Positions 9,026 to 18,340 of a stretch of DNA of 32,000 bases are shown piece by piece. Each line of letters starts with the position of its first letter. Position 1 is the stretch's first letter. Origin of the DNA: Bacillus massiliigorillae (GTDB lineage Bacteria; Bacillota; Bacilli; Bacillales; DSM-1321); the NCBI RefSeq assembly GCF_000380245.2, contig NZ_HG428741.1, forward strand, positions 1,546,654 to 1,578,653. Reading direction: 5' to 3'. A model generated the notes under the pieces. That model saw only the letters and a program-made list of their open reading frames with translations. It was not told the origin of the DNA and ran no database searches. The position numbers and the translations under genes were made by a program.

Positions 9026-10222
9026 ATGAAGTTTATTATTTTCATTCTATGTTTAATAGCCATTTTTTTATTAGCGTATCTAGTTAGTTTCGACCGAAAA
9101 ATGGTTAAAAAGAAACTTGTTACAATCGCTATAATTATTGGAATTCAAATATTATTAGCATTTACTTTCCTTCATACAACTATTGGTATAAAAATTATTG
9201 GTGGAGCATCAAAAGCGTTTGAGAAATTGCTTGGTTATGCTAATGTCGGAATTGAATTCGTATTCGGTGGCATGATTGAAGGTGGATTGGCAACTTTCGT
9301 ATTAACAGCATTGCTTCCAATTGTATTTATTTGTGCATTGCTTGGTATTTTACAGTATTTCAAAGTTCTTCCTTGGTTTATTAAGATTATGGGATTTTTA
9401 CTTAATAAAATTAGTAGACTTGGAAAGTTAGAATCATATAGTGCTATAAGTGCGGTTATTATTGGTATGACAGCTGTGTTTGTATCAATTAAAGATATCC
9501 TTCCGAAATTAGGAAAGAAACAGATGTATTCGATTGCAGCTTGTTCAATATCAACGGTAGATTTAAGTATCGTTGGTGCATACATGAATATAATCGATCC
9601 AAAATTTGTTATTCTAGCTATTGTTTTAAATTTGTTCAGTGTGTTTGTTATCCTTTCTATCATCAATCCATATAATTCAGATGAAGAAAATGATGTCCTT
9701 GCCATTGTAAATAATCCAACGGAAAAAGATGAACGTGGATTTTTTGAAGTGTTATCTGATTACATGATGGACGGTTTCAATTTAGTGCTAGCAATTGTAG
9801 CGATGTTATTAGGTTTTGTGGCATTAATCGCTTTCTTAAATGGCGTGTTTGATGGTATTTTCGGTGTGGATTTTCAAACGATTCTTGGTTATATCTTTGC
9901 TCCTATCGCCTTTCTTCTTGGTGTACCATGGGACGAAGCAATTCGATTTGGAGGCTTAATTGCTACAAAACTTCTTTCAAACGAATTTGTGGCAATGACA
10001 AGTTTTATGGAAATGAAGGATTTATCTGAGAGATCAATTGGCATTATCTCAGTATTCTTAGTATCATTTGCAAACTTTGGATCTGTTGGTATGATCATCG
10101 GTGCATTAAAAGGATTATGCCCTGATCAAAGTAAAGTGGTAGCTGGATTTAGTATGCGTCTACTATATGGAGCGACTTTAGTAAGCTTCTTATCAGCTGC
10201 AGTTGTTGGTTTAGTTCTATAA
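9026..10222 (+). CDS. nupC: NupC/CNT-family nucleoside transporter
   Basis: Polytopic membrane protein with GIEFVFGG, SNEFVAM and FANFGSVG motifs typical of NupC. ATG 9026 (AAAGGTG RBS) is preferred over the upstream ORF-track start at 8960. Confidence 0.85.
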   Translation: MKFIIFILCLIAIFLLAYLVSFDRKMVKKKLVTIAIIIGIQILLAFTFLHTTIGIKIIGGASKAFEKLLGYANVGIEFVFGGMIEGGLATFVLTALLPIVFICALLGILQYFKVLPWFIKIMGFLLNKISRLGKLESYSAISAVIIGMTAVFVSIKDILPKLGKKQMYSIAACSISTVDLSIVGAYMNIIDPKFVILAIVLNLFSVFVILSIINPYNSDEENDVLAIVNNPTEKDERGFFEVLSDYMMDGFNLVLAIVAMLLGFVALIAFLNGVFDGIFGVDFQTILGYIFAPIAFLLGVPWDEAIRFGGLIATKLLSNEFVAMTSFMEMKDLSERSIGIISVFLVSFANFGSVGMIIGALKGLCPDQSKVVAGFSMRLLYGATLVSFLSAAVVGLVL

Positions 10223-10307
10223 GTTAGTTAAGCTACGGTGGCGGAAGCAGTACTCTTGAATAGCCGTTTGATAGGATGTAGCTTTAAAATTAGGAGGAAA
10301 GTAGAAA

Positions 10308-10976
10308 TTGGGAAAAATTTTGAGACATCCACTATTTATTATTTGCGCTAGTTTATTAGCTGTCATTGTAGGATGGATGGTTCATTCTCCCATACTAGAT
10401 ATCATTGTATCTGTATTTGGTATGGTACATGTTTGGTTATTAATGAAAGAGAAGATGGCTAATTTTATCTTTGGAATTCTTGCGTTCGGTAGCTATGTGT
10501 ATATTTATATTTCGTCAGGATTAAATGCAATGGCAGTGGTTGCTTTTGTGCAAACAGCGTTTCTTATATATGGCTGGTATTTTTGGACGAAAAATAAGAA
10601 AGGAAATGAAGTTCCTGCAACGAATCGATTCACTCGTAAACAATTAATGTTTTGGGCCACAGGAATGGGGGTTGCTTGGATCCTTTGGGGTTTACTTGAA
10701 AAGTATGTGTTTCACGGTTCACTACCTTTCTTAAACAGTTTAACCGCTGTATTGAGCTTAACGGCTGAATATTGGCTAAGTCGTAAGTATCTTGAGAATT
10801 GGCACCTCTGGATTATTGCCGATGCGATAGCTGTACTTACAGTTTTCTTAAGCGGTTTATATCCAATGGTTATATTAATGGGTATTAATACATTACTTTC
10901 TATACAAGGTTTACGCGAATGGAGGGCAAACGAAGGTAAAGAAATGAATAAAGAGAAAATAACTCAATTTGTGTAA
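10308..10976 (+). CDS. pnuC: nicotinamide riboside transporter PnuC
   Basis: 7-TM-like pattern with VHVWLLMKEKMANFIFGIL and AFLIYGWYFW motifs. TTG start sits 10 nt after AGGAGG. Confidence 0.8.
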   Translation: MGKILRHPLFIICASLLAVIVGWMVHSPILDIIVSVFGMVHVWLLMKEKMANFIFGILAFGSYVYIYISSGLNAMAVVAFVQTAFLIYGWYFWTKNKKGNEVPATNRFTRKQLMFWATGMGVAWILWGLLEKYVFHGSLPFLNSLTAVLSLTAEYWLSRKYLENWHLWIIADAIAVLTVFLSGLYPMVILMGINTLLSIQGLREWRANEGKEMNKEKITQFV

Positions 10977-11093
10977 TGATAAATTGTTCATAGCATTAAG
11001 AAGAAAAGAGCAAAGTAAAGACAGATTCTACTGAATGATTCCGTAAATGAAAGTAAAGAAGAATCAGAACAATCATTGTGATGAGTAAAAGAT

Positions 11094-11130
11094 TGGGAGA
11101 TAAACAGATTAGCTATCTCCCATCTTTTTA
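11094..11130 (+). terminator. rho-independent terminator after pnuC
   Basis: TGGGAGATA (11094-11102) pairs with TATCTCCCA (11114-11122), followed by TCTTTTT. Confidence 0.75.
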
Positions 11131-11480
11131 GAATAATATTTTAGGAGGAGAAGGTACTATTGCAATGAAAGAATTATTAGTAAACAAAGAAGATAGTAAG
11201 AAAAACACATACATGTGGTAGGGTGTGACTGGTTTTTAGATTTACGTGCTGTGTCGCGTAATTTGTTAATAGGAAATTAGACCTTGGTAAAAAATGTAGA
11301 AAAATATAAAGCGTACTGTAAAGTATTCAGGAACGAAAAAAACTTTTCATAGTTACTTTAACAAATAATATATGATGAACACGGGAATATAGTCTGACGT
11401 CTAGCAAGTTTGATGAACTAGTTTAAGCATGATAACTATGGTAAAAGTTTTTATTCAAAATAATGAAGGGAAATCGTAAA

Positions 11481-13850
11481 ATGACAAATTTTGATTCAAA
11501 AGACTATTTAGCAAAAGTTGATGCATGGTGGCGTGTTGCTAACTATATTTCAGTGGCACAAATGTATTTAAAAGATAATCCACTACTCAGAGAAGCCATT
11601 CAAGAAAAGGATGTAAAGATTCATCCAATTGGACATTGGGGAACAATTGCTGGCCAAAATTTTATTTATGCCCATTTAAATCGTGTAATAAATAAATATG
11701 ATTTAAATATGTTCTACATTGAAGGTCCAGGACATGGTGGTCAAGTGATGGTAGCAAATTCATATATTGATGGTAGCTACACTGAAATATATCCAGAAGT
11801 TACACAGGACGAAGCCGGATTAAAAAAGCTTTGTAAGATTTTTTCTTTTCCAGGGGGGATTGCCTCTCATGCAGCGCCTGAAACACCAGGATCTATTCAT
11901 GAAGGTGGCGAACTTGGTTATTCGTTATCACATGCGACAGGAGCGATTTTAGATAATCCAGATGTGATTGCAGCAACTGTTATTGGTGATGGAGAAGCAG
12001 AAACTGGTCCATTAGCTGCAGGTTGGTTTTCAAATGTTTTTATCAATCCAGTCAATGATGGAGCTGTTTTACCAATTCTTTACTTGAATGGTGGGAAAAT
12101 TTCAAACCCAACGATTTTAGAACGTAAATCAGATGTAGAGTTAACTCAATACTTCAAAGGTTTAGGTTGGGATCCAATTTTTGTTTCTGGAACAGATCCA
12201 GAGATTGTTCATCCATTAATGGCAGAGAGATTAGATCAAGCCATTGAACGAATCAAAGCTATACAAGCTGATGCTCGTCAAGAAAAGGCAGAGGTGGCAA
12301 AAATGCCTAACTGGCCAGTTCTAATTGTTCGTACTCCAAAGGGTTGGACAGGCCCTAAAGAATGGAATGGAGAGCCAATAGAAGGTGGATTCCGTGCGCA
12401 TCAAGTCCCAATACCAGTAGATGCCCATCATATGAAACACATTGATGTATTAGTCGAATGGTTGAATTCTTATCGTCCAAAAGAGCTATTCGATGAAAAT
12501 GGGGCAATTGTTGAAGAAATTCGTGAGATCTCTCCAAAAGGTAATCGTAGAATGTCTACCAACCCAATCACAAATGGAGGAATTAATCCAAAGCCATTAA
12601 AGATTACTGATTGGAAGCAATATGCCATTAATACGAAAAAACCTGGAGCAATTGTTGTTCAAGATATGATTGAATTTGGTAATTTTGCACGGGACTTAGT
12701 TCAGGCAAATCCAGATAATTTCCGTATCTTTGGACCAGATGAATCAAAATCGAATCGCTTAAACAAGGTATTTGAAGTAACGAACCGTCAATGGTTAGAA
12801 GCAAAGCAGAATGACTATGACGAATGGATTGCCCCGGTTGGTCGCGTGATTGACTCACAATTGTCCGAACATCAATGTGAAGGTTTCTTAGAAGGCTATG
12901 TTTTAACGGGTCGTCATGGATTCTTTGTTAGCTATGAGGCATTTTTCCGTGTAGTAGATTCAATGATTACTCAACATTTTAAATGGTTGCGCAAGGCTAA
13001 AGAACAATCATGGCGCAAGAATTATCCGTCATTAAATTTGATAGCTACTTCAACGGTGTTCCAACAGGATCATAATGGCTATACACACCAAGATCCTGGC
13101 TTGCTAACTCATTTAGCAGAGAAAAAACCGGAATTTATTCGAGAATATTTACCAGCAGATACTAATACAATGATGGCTGTTATGGCAGAAGCTTTAAGTT
13201 CAGAAGAACGAATCAATTTGATTGTTTGTTCGAAGCATCCACGCCCACAGTTCTATTCGGCAGAAGAAGCGGAAACGATAGTTAAGGATGGGTTGAAAAT
13301 AATTGATTGGGCATCAACTGTAAAAGATGGTGAGGAGCCGGATGTTATCGTTGCGGCAGCAGGAACAGAGCCTAATTTAGAAGCATTAGCAGCCATTACC
13401 ATTTTAAATAAGGCATTTCCAACGCTTAAAATTCGTTTTATTAATGTCCTTGATATTTTAAAATTACGTCATCCAGATGTCGATCCCCGAGGGCTAACAG
13501 ATAAAGAATTTGATGCTTATTTCACACAAGATAAGCCAGTCATTTTCTGTTTTCATGGTTATGAAGGGATGATTCGTGATATCTTCTTCAATCGTCACAA
13601 TCATAATCTGCATATTCATGGTTATCGTGAGAATGGGGATATTACGACACCATTTGATATGCGTGTCTTTTCTGAAATGGATCGCTTCCATATCGCACAA
13701 GATGCAGCTAATGCAGTATATGGTGTAGTAGCAGCGGATTTTGCAAGACAAATGGATGATACAATTAGTTTTCACCATAACTACATTCGTGATCATGGGC
13801 TAGATATTCCAGAAGTTGAAAATTGGACTTGGGGATTAGATAACAAATAA
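11481..13850 (+). CDS. xfp: xylulose-5-phosphate/fructose-6-phosphate phosphoketolase
   Basis: ~790 aa with [15 protein letters not shown] and GDGEAETGP (TPP-binding) signatures. ATG 11481 (GAAGGGA RBS) is preferred over 11463. Confidence 0.95.
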   Translation: MTNFDSKDYLAKVDAWWRVANYISVAQMYLKDNPLLREAIQEKDVKIHPIGHWGTIAGQNFIYAHLNRVINKYDLNMFYIEGPGHGGQVMVANSYIDGSYTEIYPEVTQDEAGLKKLCKIFSFPGGIASHAAPETPGSIHEGGELGYSLSHATGAILDNPDVIAATVIGDGEAETGPLAAGWFSNVFINPVNDGAVLPILYLNGGKISNPTILERKSDVELTQYFKGLGWDPIFVSGTDPEIVHPLMAERLDQAIERIKAIQADARQEKAEVAKMPNWPVLIVRTPKGWTGPKEWNGEPIEGGFRAHQVPIPVDAHHMKHIDVLVEWLNSYRPKELFDENGAIVEEIREISPKGNRRMSTNPITNGGINPKPLKITDWKQYAINTKKPGAIVVQDMIEFGNFARDLVQANPDNFRIFGPDESKSNRLNKVFEVTNRQWLEAKQNDYDEWIAPVGRVIDSQLSEHQCEGFLEGYVLTGRHGFFVSYEAFFRVVDSMITQHFKWLRKAKEQSWRKNYPSLNLIATSTVFQQDHNGYTHQDPGLLTHLAEKKPEFIREYLPADTNTMMAVMAEALSSEERINLIVCSKHPRPQFYSAEEAETIVKDGLKIIDWASTVKDGEEPDVIVAAAGTEPNLEALAAITILNKAFPTLKIRFINVLDILKLRHPDVDPRGLTDKEFDAYFTQDKPVIFCFHGYEGMIRDIFFNRHNHNLHIHGYRENGDITTPFDMRVFSEMDRFHIAQDAANAVYGVVAADFARQMDDTISFHHNYIRDHGLDIPEVENWTWGLDNK

Positions 13851-14065
13851 GCTATCTAGTTGAATTTTAATATTGAATGATTGGATAAAAAAACTTCCTT
13901 AGTTTCACCAACAGTTTGAATCTAGAGAGGTTTGAAAAAGAAGGAATAACAATGATTTCAATTCAAAAAGTTCCATTGGTCATACAAAGGATGGGGTTAA
14001 AAACAATAAAAATCAACAAACCTTATTGAAAATATTCGGTGGATTTCAGATTGGTGAAGCACTTG

Positions 14066-14098
14066 AAAAGCGATGCATTTAGACTTTGCATCGCTTTT
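14066..14098 (+). terminator. hairpin terminator about 215 nt downstream of xfp; also left copy of a repeat pair
   Basis: AAAAGCGATGCA (14066-14077) pairs with TGCATCGCTTTT (14087-14098). Confidence 0.7.
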
Positions 14099-14480
14099 GA
14101 TATAAAAGTTATTCATCTCAATATCTGTTAACCAAATGCTTTAAGGGCAATATGTAAAATGGATTTATCAAGTAATTTCCTTCACCTGTTTTAAATAATG
14201 CATAAATAAATAATGATCCTATTGGAGCAAAAATAAATCCTATTAAACTATCTTTAGTAATTTTTCTGTAATAGTATATCTTATTTTTAATAATCAAAAT
14301 CTCTGACTAGTATTTTCAAGTTATCTCCTTCATAAAATATGACTTTTATTAAATATTTCAGCCTTGTAACAACAAATATTCACCATGTACATATCTATCT
14401 AAATAAATATCTTAGAATGATAGCCATTTCCATCTTGATTTTTATTGTTGATATTAATTCTTTTACAATCAATGACCTCG

Positions 14481-15150
14481 TGAACTACTCACCACTTATC
14501 GACCTTACGGTCTGATTGAAGTGGGAGATTCTTGGGAAGTAGATACTTTTACTAGCTATCTATATTTACCAAGCTATAAGGGTAGTACCCCTAAAGAAGA
14601 TACCAATTACGTAGCTAGTTTTAGCAAGTTGATACTTGCGTTTACATCCTTGTCATGGTGACTATTACACATCAATACCAACTATTGTATCAATCTTAGG
14701 GAATAGTTATTCATTTTCTTCTACCAAAACAGAAGCAAAATATTTGCTAGTTGGTGTTTGGAAAATGGTCACAGACTTAATCAAGCCAAAAAATGGTCTA
14801 TGTTGTTTGATTCGAACCAGTGTTTTTAGCTTGGGCAATTTAATATAGCCGTTTTCCATGTATACTGTTCCTTTTTGATTATTGTTTGTATAGCTGCGGT
14901 GATGGTCTTTTTTGCTTTTGAATTTTGGAAATCCAACGGATTTATCACGAAAAAAGTTAGCATATGCTTTGTTCAGGTTCAATTGTGCATTAGCCAAGGC
15001 AAGACTATCAATTTCTTTTAGAAACGGAAATTCAGCCTTATATTGTGCAGGAGTAGGATATTTGATGGATTTATCAATATTCTTTTGAGATTCTTGATAA
15101 GAATTGATCTTATCGGCAAGCATTTTGTTGTACACAAAGCGTTATTCTAA
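14481..15150 (-). mobile_element. tnpB: IS200/IS605-family tnpB-only element remnant: TnpB pseudogene with internal deletion plus retained right end
   Basis: The minus strand reads RFVYNKMLADK...GFPKFKSKKDHHRSYTNNN...IKLPKLKTLVRIK...KYFASVLVEENE, then TAA, then LFPKIDTIVGIDV. It then jumps to CNSHHDKDVNASINLLKLAT* (stop 14607-14609). Most of RuvC and the zinc finger are therefore deleted, and the first ~40 codons are also missing. Nucleotides 14481-14600 are homologous to 25821-25935. Confidence 0.75.
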
Positions 15151-15329
15151 CCGAAAATTCATCTCCCACTTACTCATTAGGCTTTGCCCTCCACACTCCT
15201 TGAAGAGGGAGAATTCTTTTCGGAAACCTAGTTAAAATAAGGATTTTATTAATTTCAGAATTGAATTCGTATTCCTTGATATATTTTCCATTTTCTATAG
15301 AATTAAGAATATGGAGGAATAGAAATATC

Positions 15330-15470
15330 ATGATTAGCAAGGATAAACCACTTAAACGGCGACTAAGCATTCTAGTGAAACAATACGGTCTAACACATCC
15401 AATTGTTCTCAAATGTAGCCAAGAACTAGATAAAATTATTATCGAAATGCAGAGACGAAAATACCCATAA
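15330..15470 (+). CDS. Spo0E-family aspartyl-phosphate phosphatase-like small protein (46 aa)
   Basis: MISKDKPLKRRLSILVKQYGLTHPIVLKCSQELDKIIIEMQRRKYP carries the SQELD motif of Spo0E-like proteins. GGAGG at 15313-17. The longer ORF-track start at 15261 is unlikely. Confidence 0.65.
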   Translation: MISKDKPLKRRLSILVKQYGLTHPIVLKCSQELDKIIIEMQRRKYP

Positions 15471-15588
15471 TAGTATTTTGTGTGGAGGTTTTAGTTATGG
15501 AACCATATGCTGACTATCTAATTATCTGATCCCTCCTTTTCTTCCGCATCTTTCCAAATAAGTGGAACAAAAAGGTGGCTAATACATT

Positions 15589-15624
15589 AGAAAAAGAAAA
15601 AGACTCCCACTTAAAATGAGAGTC
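15589..15624 (-). terminator. minus-strand rho-independent terminator downstream of the integrase relic
   Basis: GACTCCCA (15602-15609) pairs with TGAGAGTC (15617-15624) with one mismatch. On the minus strand it is followed by TTTTTCTTTTTC. Confidence 0.55.
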
Positions 15625-15779
15625 CTTTCCACTGAATTGTTGAGTTAGAATGTGTGAATGCTACCAACTAAATAGGGGAACCACCCTGTTAAGCACCTTC
15701 TATTATAGTTCTTATGGACTATGATATCAAGTGGCTTTTAATATGTAAAAATGAAAAATATACTGGTACCGCTATAGTT

Positions 15780-16950
15780 AATAAATTAACAAAAACAGAT
15801 ATAATGGCTTCACATAAAGTAATTAAAAAAGATGAAAAAGAATGGATTAAAATTGAAAATGAATTGCCAACTACAATAGTGTGAGTAAATATCCAATGTG
15901 ATACCGACTCGTGCATGACCTAACCGCTTTCTCACAACTTTCGGATTTTCACCCATACGCATTAATATTGTTGCATGTGTATGTCGTAAATTGATTCACT
16001 GAACTTCTCTTTAAAGTCATGTTTGGATTCATTCATGAGACAATGCCTCTTTTTCGTAATGATTGCAGTTTACTTGTTGTAACGTAACGAACTCGTTTCT
16101 CTTCACTTTTAAAAGCATCTATTATCATCTTTATGTTGTTGCTCTCCTTGATAATGGTTTAGGTAGTTCATCTATCTACGGAAAGCATTACAACCACTTG
16201 GTGCTCTTGTGTCAATGGTAATGTTTTTAAAATGGGGAATGGTTGTTCAAATAGGCGGATGAAATACATCAGTTATATACAATCGATGCTGCAATTGATG
16301 AATGATGAAGCTTTGTTTGTGATGACTAATTAAGTAGAAGATATGATATGAAGCGCTGTATTGTTGTAAGTAGATCGCTAAAGTACATTCAGTCATGAAG
16401 TAAGTAGATGATCATTTGAGGATATAGAACTTTAGGTTTTGCGAGTTACAGACTATGAAAAATCCCCCCCCCGATCTCAAGAATCATATGGATTCAAGGA
16501 TAGAGGAGTGGTATTCATCTGAGGCATATTACTCTAGTGTAAAGCTGGGCACTTGATGATGCTGTTGGTTAATACCCGAATCTCTTCAACTCGTCACTTG
16601 CTTATTGAAAGCATATGCAGTTTCGCCCACATGTATCATGACGAGCACCATTGACCGTAATCAATCGAAACTCCGTCCGAACCGTTGAATGCTAGAAGCC
16701 GTTGCTGCTTCTCTAAGACTCGCAATCAGGTCATAACACAACAGTAAAGACCTTGACTAATAGATTGCTACGTTGATTTTCTGTATTGGCTCAACTCACC
16801 TTACCTATTTAAGGGCATTCCCACGGATATGCTTTTTTCTTGTAAGTTAATGTCGTGACTAGTAATGACAGCGTCTCAAAAGTCAGAGCCGCCCCTCTGT
16901 CATAAATGTAATAAAACCATTTGAGTACTACAAGGCATGGTTGAATTATT
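15780..16950 (-). pseudogene. heavily decayed tyrosine recombinase (phage-type integrase); outer boundaries approximate
   Basis: Minus-strand 15879-15992 translates to NLRHTHATILMRMGENPKVVRKRLGHARVGITLDIYSH. This is the box II HxxR, GH and catalytic Tyr region. A TGA lies immediately upstream in frame, and the remainder is broken by stops and frameshifts. No ORF of 60 aa or more exists on either strand across 15917-17142. Confidence 0.7.
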
Positions 16951-17164
16951 ATAAAGACAGGTAGATTTTATAGTGATTTTGACCTACAATTAATTAGTGT
17001 GAAAGTCCTTAATGAAAGAGTGACTTTGTAGCTAGATGAACAGAATAGGGTCAGAGTTTTTTGCTCAATGATGAGCATTTAAAGCTTTTTCGCCTAGATA
17101 ACAACTTGGAAAATGGTGAATTTGTAATTTACCTTATTGTATCTATAGGCTAAGGAGGTATTTC

Positions 17165-18214
17165 ATGTCGATATTTCGCATTAATAATGAAGCAAAACAG
17201 GCAAGAAACATAAGCAAGGAAAAGATGACTAAGTTATATGAAGTAAAGGGGAAAAATGTTCGGGTTGATTTTCTCGACGCAAGTTTTGGTGAATTAGATG
17301 GAAAGAAGATACCATTGGATGAGAGCGTGGTAACCCAGGCAACCAAACAGCTGTTAAAAGTCTTCTCAATAAATGAAACAAAATATAACCCAATTCCTGC
17401 TCACATCATCATTTCTAACAAGATGATAGAGGATAACCAATTTAATGGGAATTCGTCTGAAAGCGACTTCACTATTTCTGTTGCTGAACCTCGCTATTCT
17501 TTTTATGAAATATACCTACCAGCTAAAACAAAAAAGCAAATTATGACGGCTTTAACGATCCAAAAGCATAATGACAAGCTCCGTAATCAATGGGGATTAG
17601 AAACGATCCTTAAAGATGGACGAGCAGTCATATTGAACTTTTTCGGTTCACCAGGTACCGGGAAAAGCATGACTGCTGAAGCAATCGCTCATTATCTGGG
17701 CAAACAAGTAATTAATGTCAATTATGCACAGCTTGAGTCCAAATATGTTGGTGAAACACCAAAAAACATTAAAAGATACTTTACGGAAGCAACCGAAAAA
17801 AATGCTATTCTTATATTTGATGAAGCAGATTCCTTCCTTGGAAAAAGACTAACTAATGTAAGCCAGTCGGCCGATTATGGAGTGAATGTAACCCGAAGCG
17901 TTATGCTGATGGAATTGGAACAGTTTACAGGAGTTGTTATTTTTACGACGAACTTGCTTTCGAATTATGATCAGGCTTTCAAACGGAGAATTTTTGCCAA
18001 TATTGAATTTACCCAACCTGATCAAGAGGCAAGAGAGAAAATTTGGGATATTCATTTGCCGGAGAAGTTGCCAATTAAGGAAGGAATTACCGCCAATTTT
18101 CTGGCTGGGAAATTCGAGAATATCACCGGTGCTGATATCAAGGACATTGTTCTATATGCATCTATCAATTGCTTAGAGAGAGGCAGTGAAGTTATCCATT
18201 TAGAGGACTTTTAG
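17165..18214 (+). CDS. classic-clade AAA+ ATPase with ~130-aa unknown N-domain; in-frame TAG at 18212-18214, frame stays open to TGA 18326-18328
   Basis: AAGGAGG at 17152-17158. Walker A GSPGTGKS (17645-17668), Walker B ILIFDEAD, sensor-1 TTN and second-region-of-homology arginines FKRRI. The post-stop text EAYAYIIARYNN... looks like the end of the lid helix. Confidence 0.85.
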   Translation: MSIFRINNEAKQARNISKEKMTKLYEVKGKNVRVDFLDASFGELDGKKIPLDESVVTQATKQLLKVFSINETKYNPIPAHIIISNKMIEDNQFNGNSSESDFTISVAEPRYSFYEIYLPAKTKKQIMTALTIQKHNDKLRNQWGLETILKDGRAVILNFFGSPGTGKSMTAEAIAHYLGKQVINVNYAQLESKYVGETPKNIKRYFTEATEKNAILIFDEADSFLGKRLTNVSQSADYGVNVTRSVMLMELEQFTGVVIFTTNLLSNYDQAFKRRIFANIEFTQPDQEAREKIWDIHLPEKLPIKEGITANFLAGKFENITGADIKDIVLYASINCLERGSEVIHLEDF

Positions 18215-18340
18215 GAAGCGTATGCTTATATTATAGCCCGCTACAATAATGGCAATAATATCGAGATTAATTCGAAAATTATTTCTGAGGAACAATATAA
18301 AAAAGAAATGACTTTGGGTAAAGTCTGATGAGGTGCGGTT

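Noticed and set aside
9235-10098. Minus-strand ORFs 9235-9705 and 9889-10098; also 8774-8965
   Set aside because: The first two are antisense shadows of nupC, and the third is an antisense shadow of the hydrolase 3' end.
11166-11222. 18-codon ORF (MKELLVNKEDSKKNTYMW) after an AGGAGGAG motif; similarly a 25-codon ORF at 13933-14010
   Set aside because: They are too short to support from sequence alone, and there is no conservation information. Noted only as possible leader or micro-peptides.
12355-13796. ORFs 12355-12537, 12628-12858 and 13494-13796 on the minus strand
   Set aside because: They are antisense to the strongly supported phosphoketolase CDS, have low-complexity or unnatural composition and no RBS, so they are spurious.
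14100-14330. Minus-strand fragment ...IGFIFAPIGSLFIYALFKTGEGNYLINPFYILPLKHLVNRY* suggesting a small membrane protein
   Set aside because: It is preceded by stops in frame, I could not find a convincing start, and it is under 60 aa. It is probably a gene remnant at the island junction.
14636-15412. ORFs 14636-14848 (+) and 15170-15412 (-)
   Set aside because: They are antisense to the TnpB remnant and to the Spo0E-like gene and its promoter region, respectively, with no RBS and implausible sequence.
15719-15916. 65-aa hydrophobic minus-strand ORF as an independent membrane protein
   Set aside because: Its 5' end overlaps, out of frame, the integrase catalytic-Tyr region (15879-15992). It is most likely the frameshifted tail of the integrase pseudogene.
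17122-17149. Sigma-A-like promoter for the AAA+ operon (TTGTAA, 16 nt spacer, TATAGG)
   Set aside because: The -10 matches only 4 of 6 positions, and the site would leave an extremely short leader. This is not strong enough to report as a feature.
2906-18214. In-frame stops (TGA 2906, TAG 3736, TAA 4063, TAG 18212) as programmed recoding (selenocysteine or pyrrolysine) or an alternative genetic code
   Set aside because: All three stop codons are involved, and neighbouring intact genes terminate normally with the same codons. No SECIS-like hairpin or pyl/sel genes are visible, and the affected genes lie in decaying accessory DNA. Ordinary nonsense mutations are the simpler explanation.
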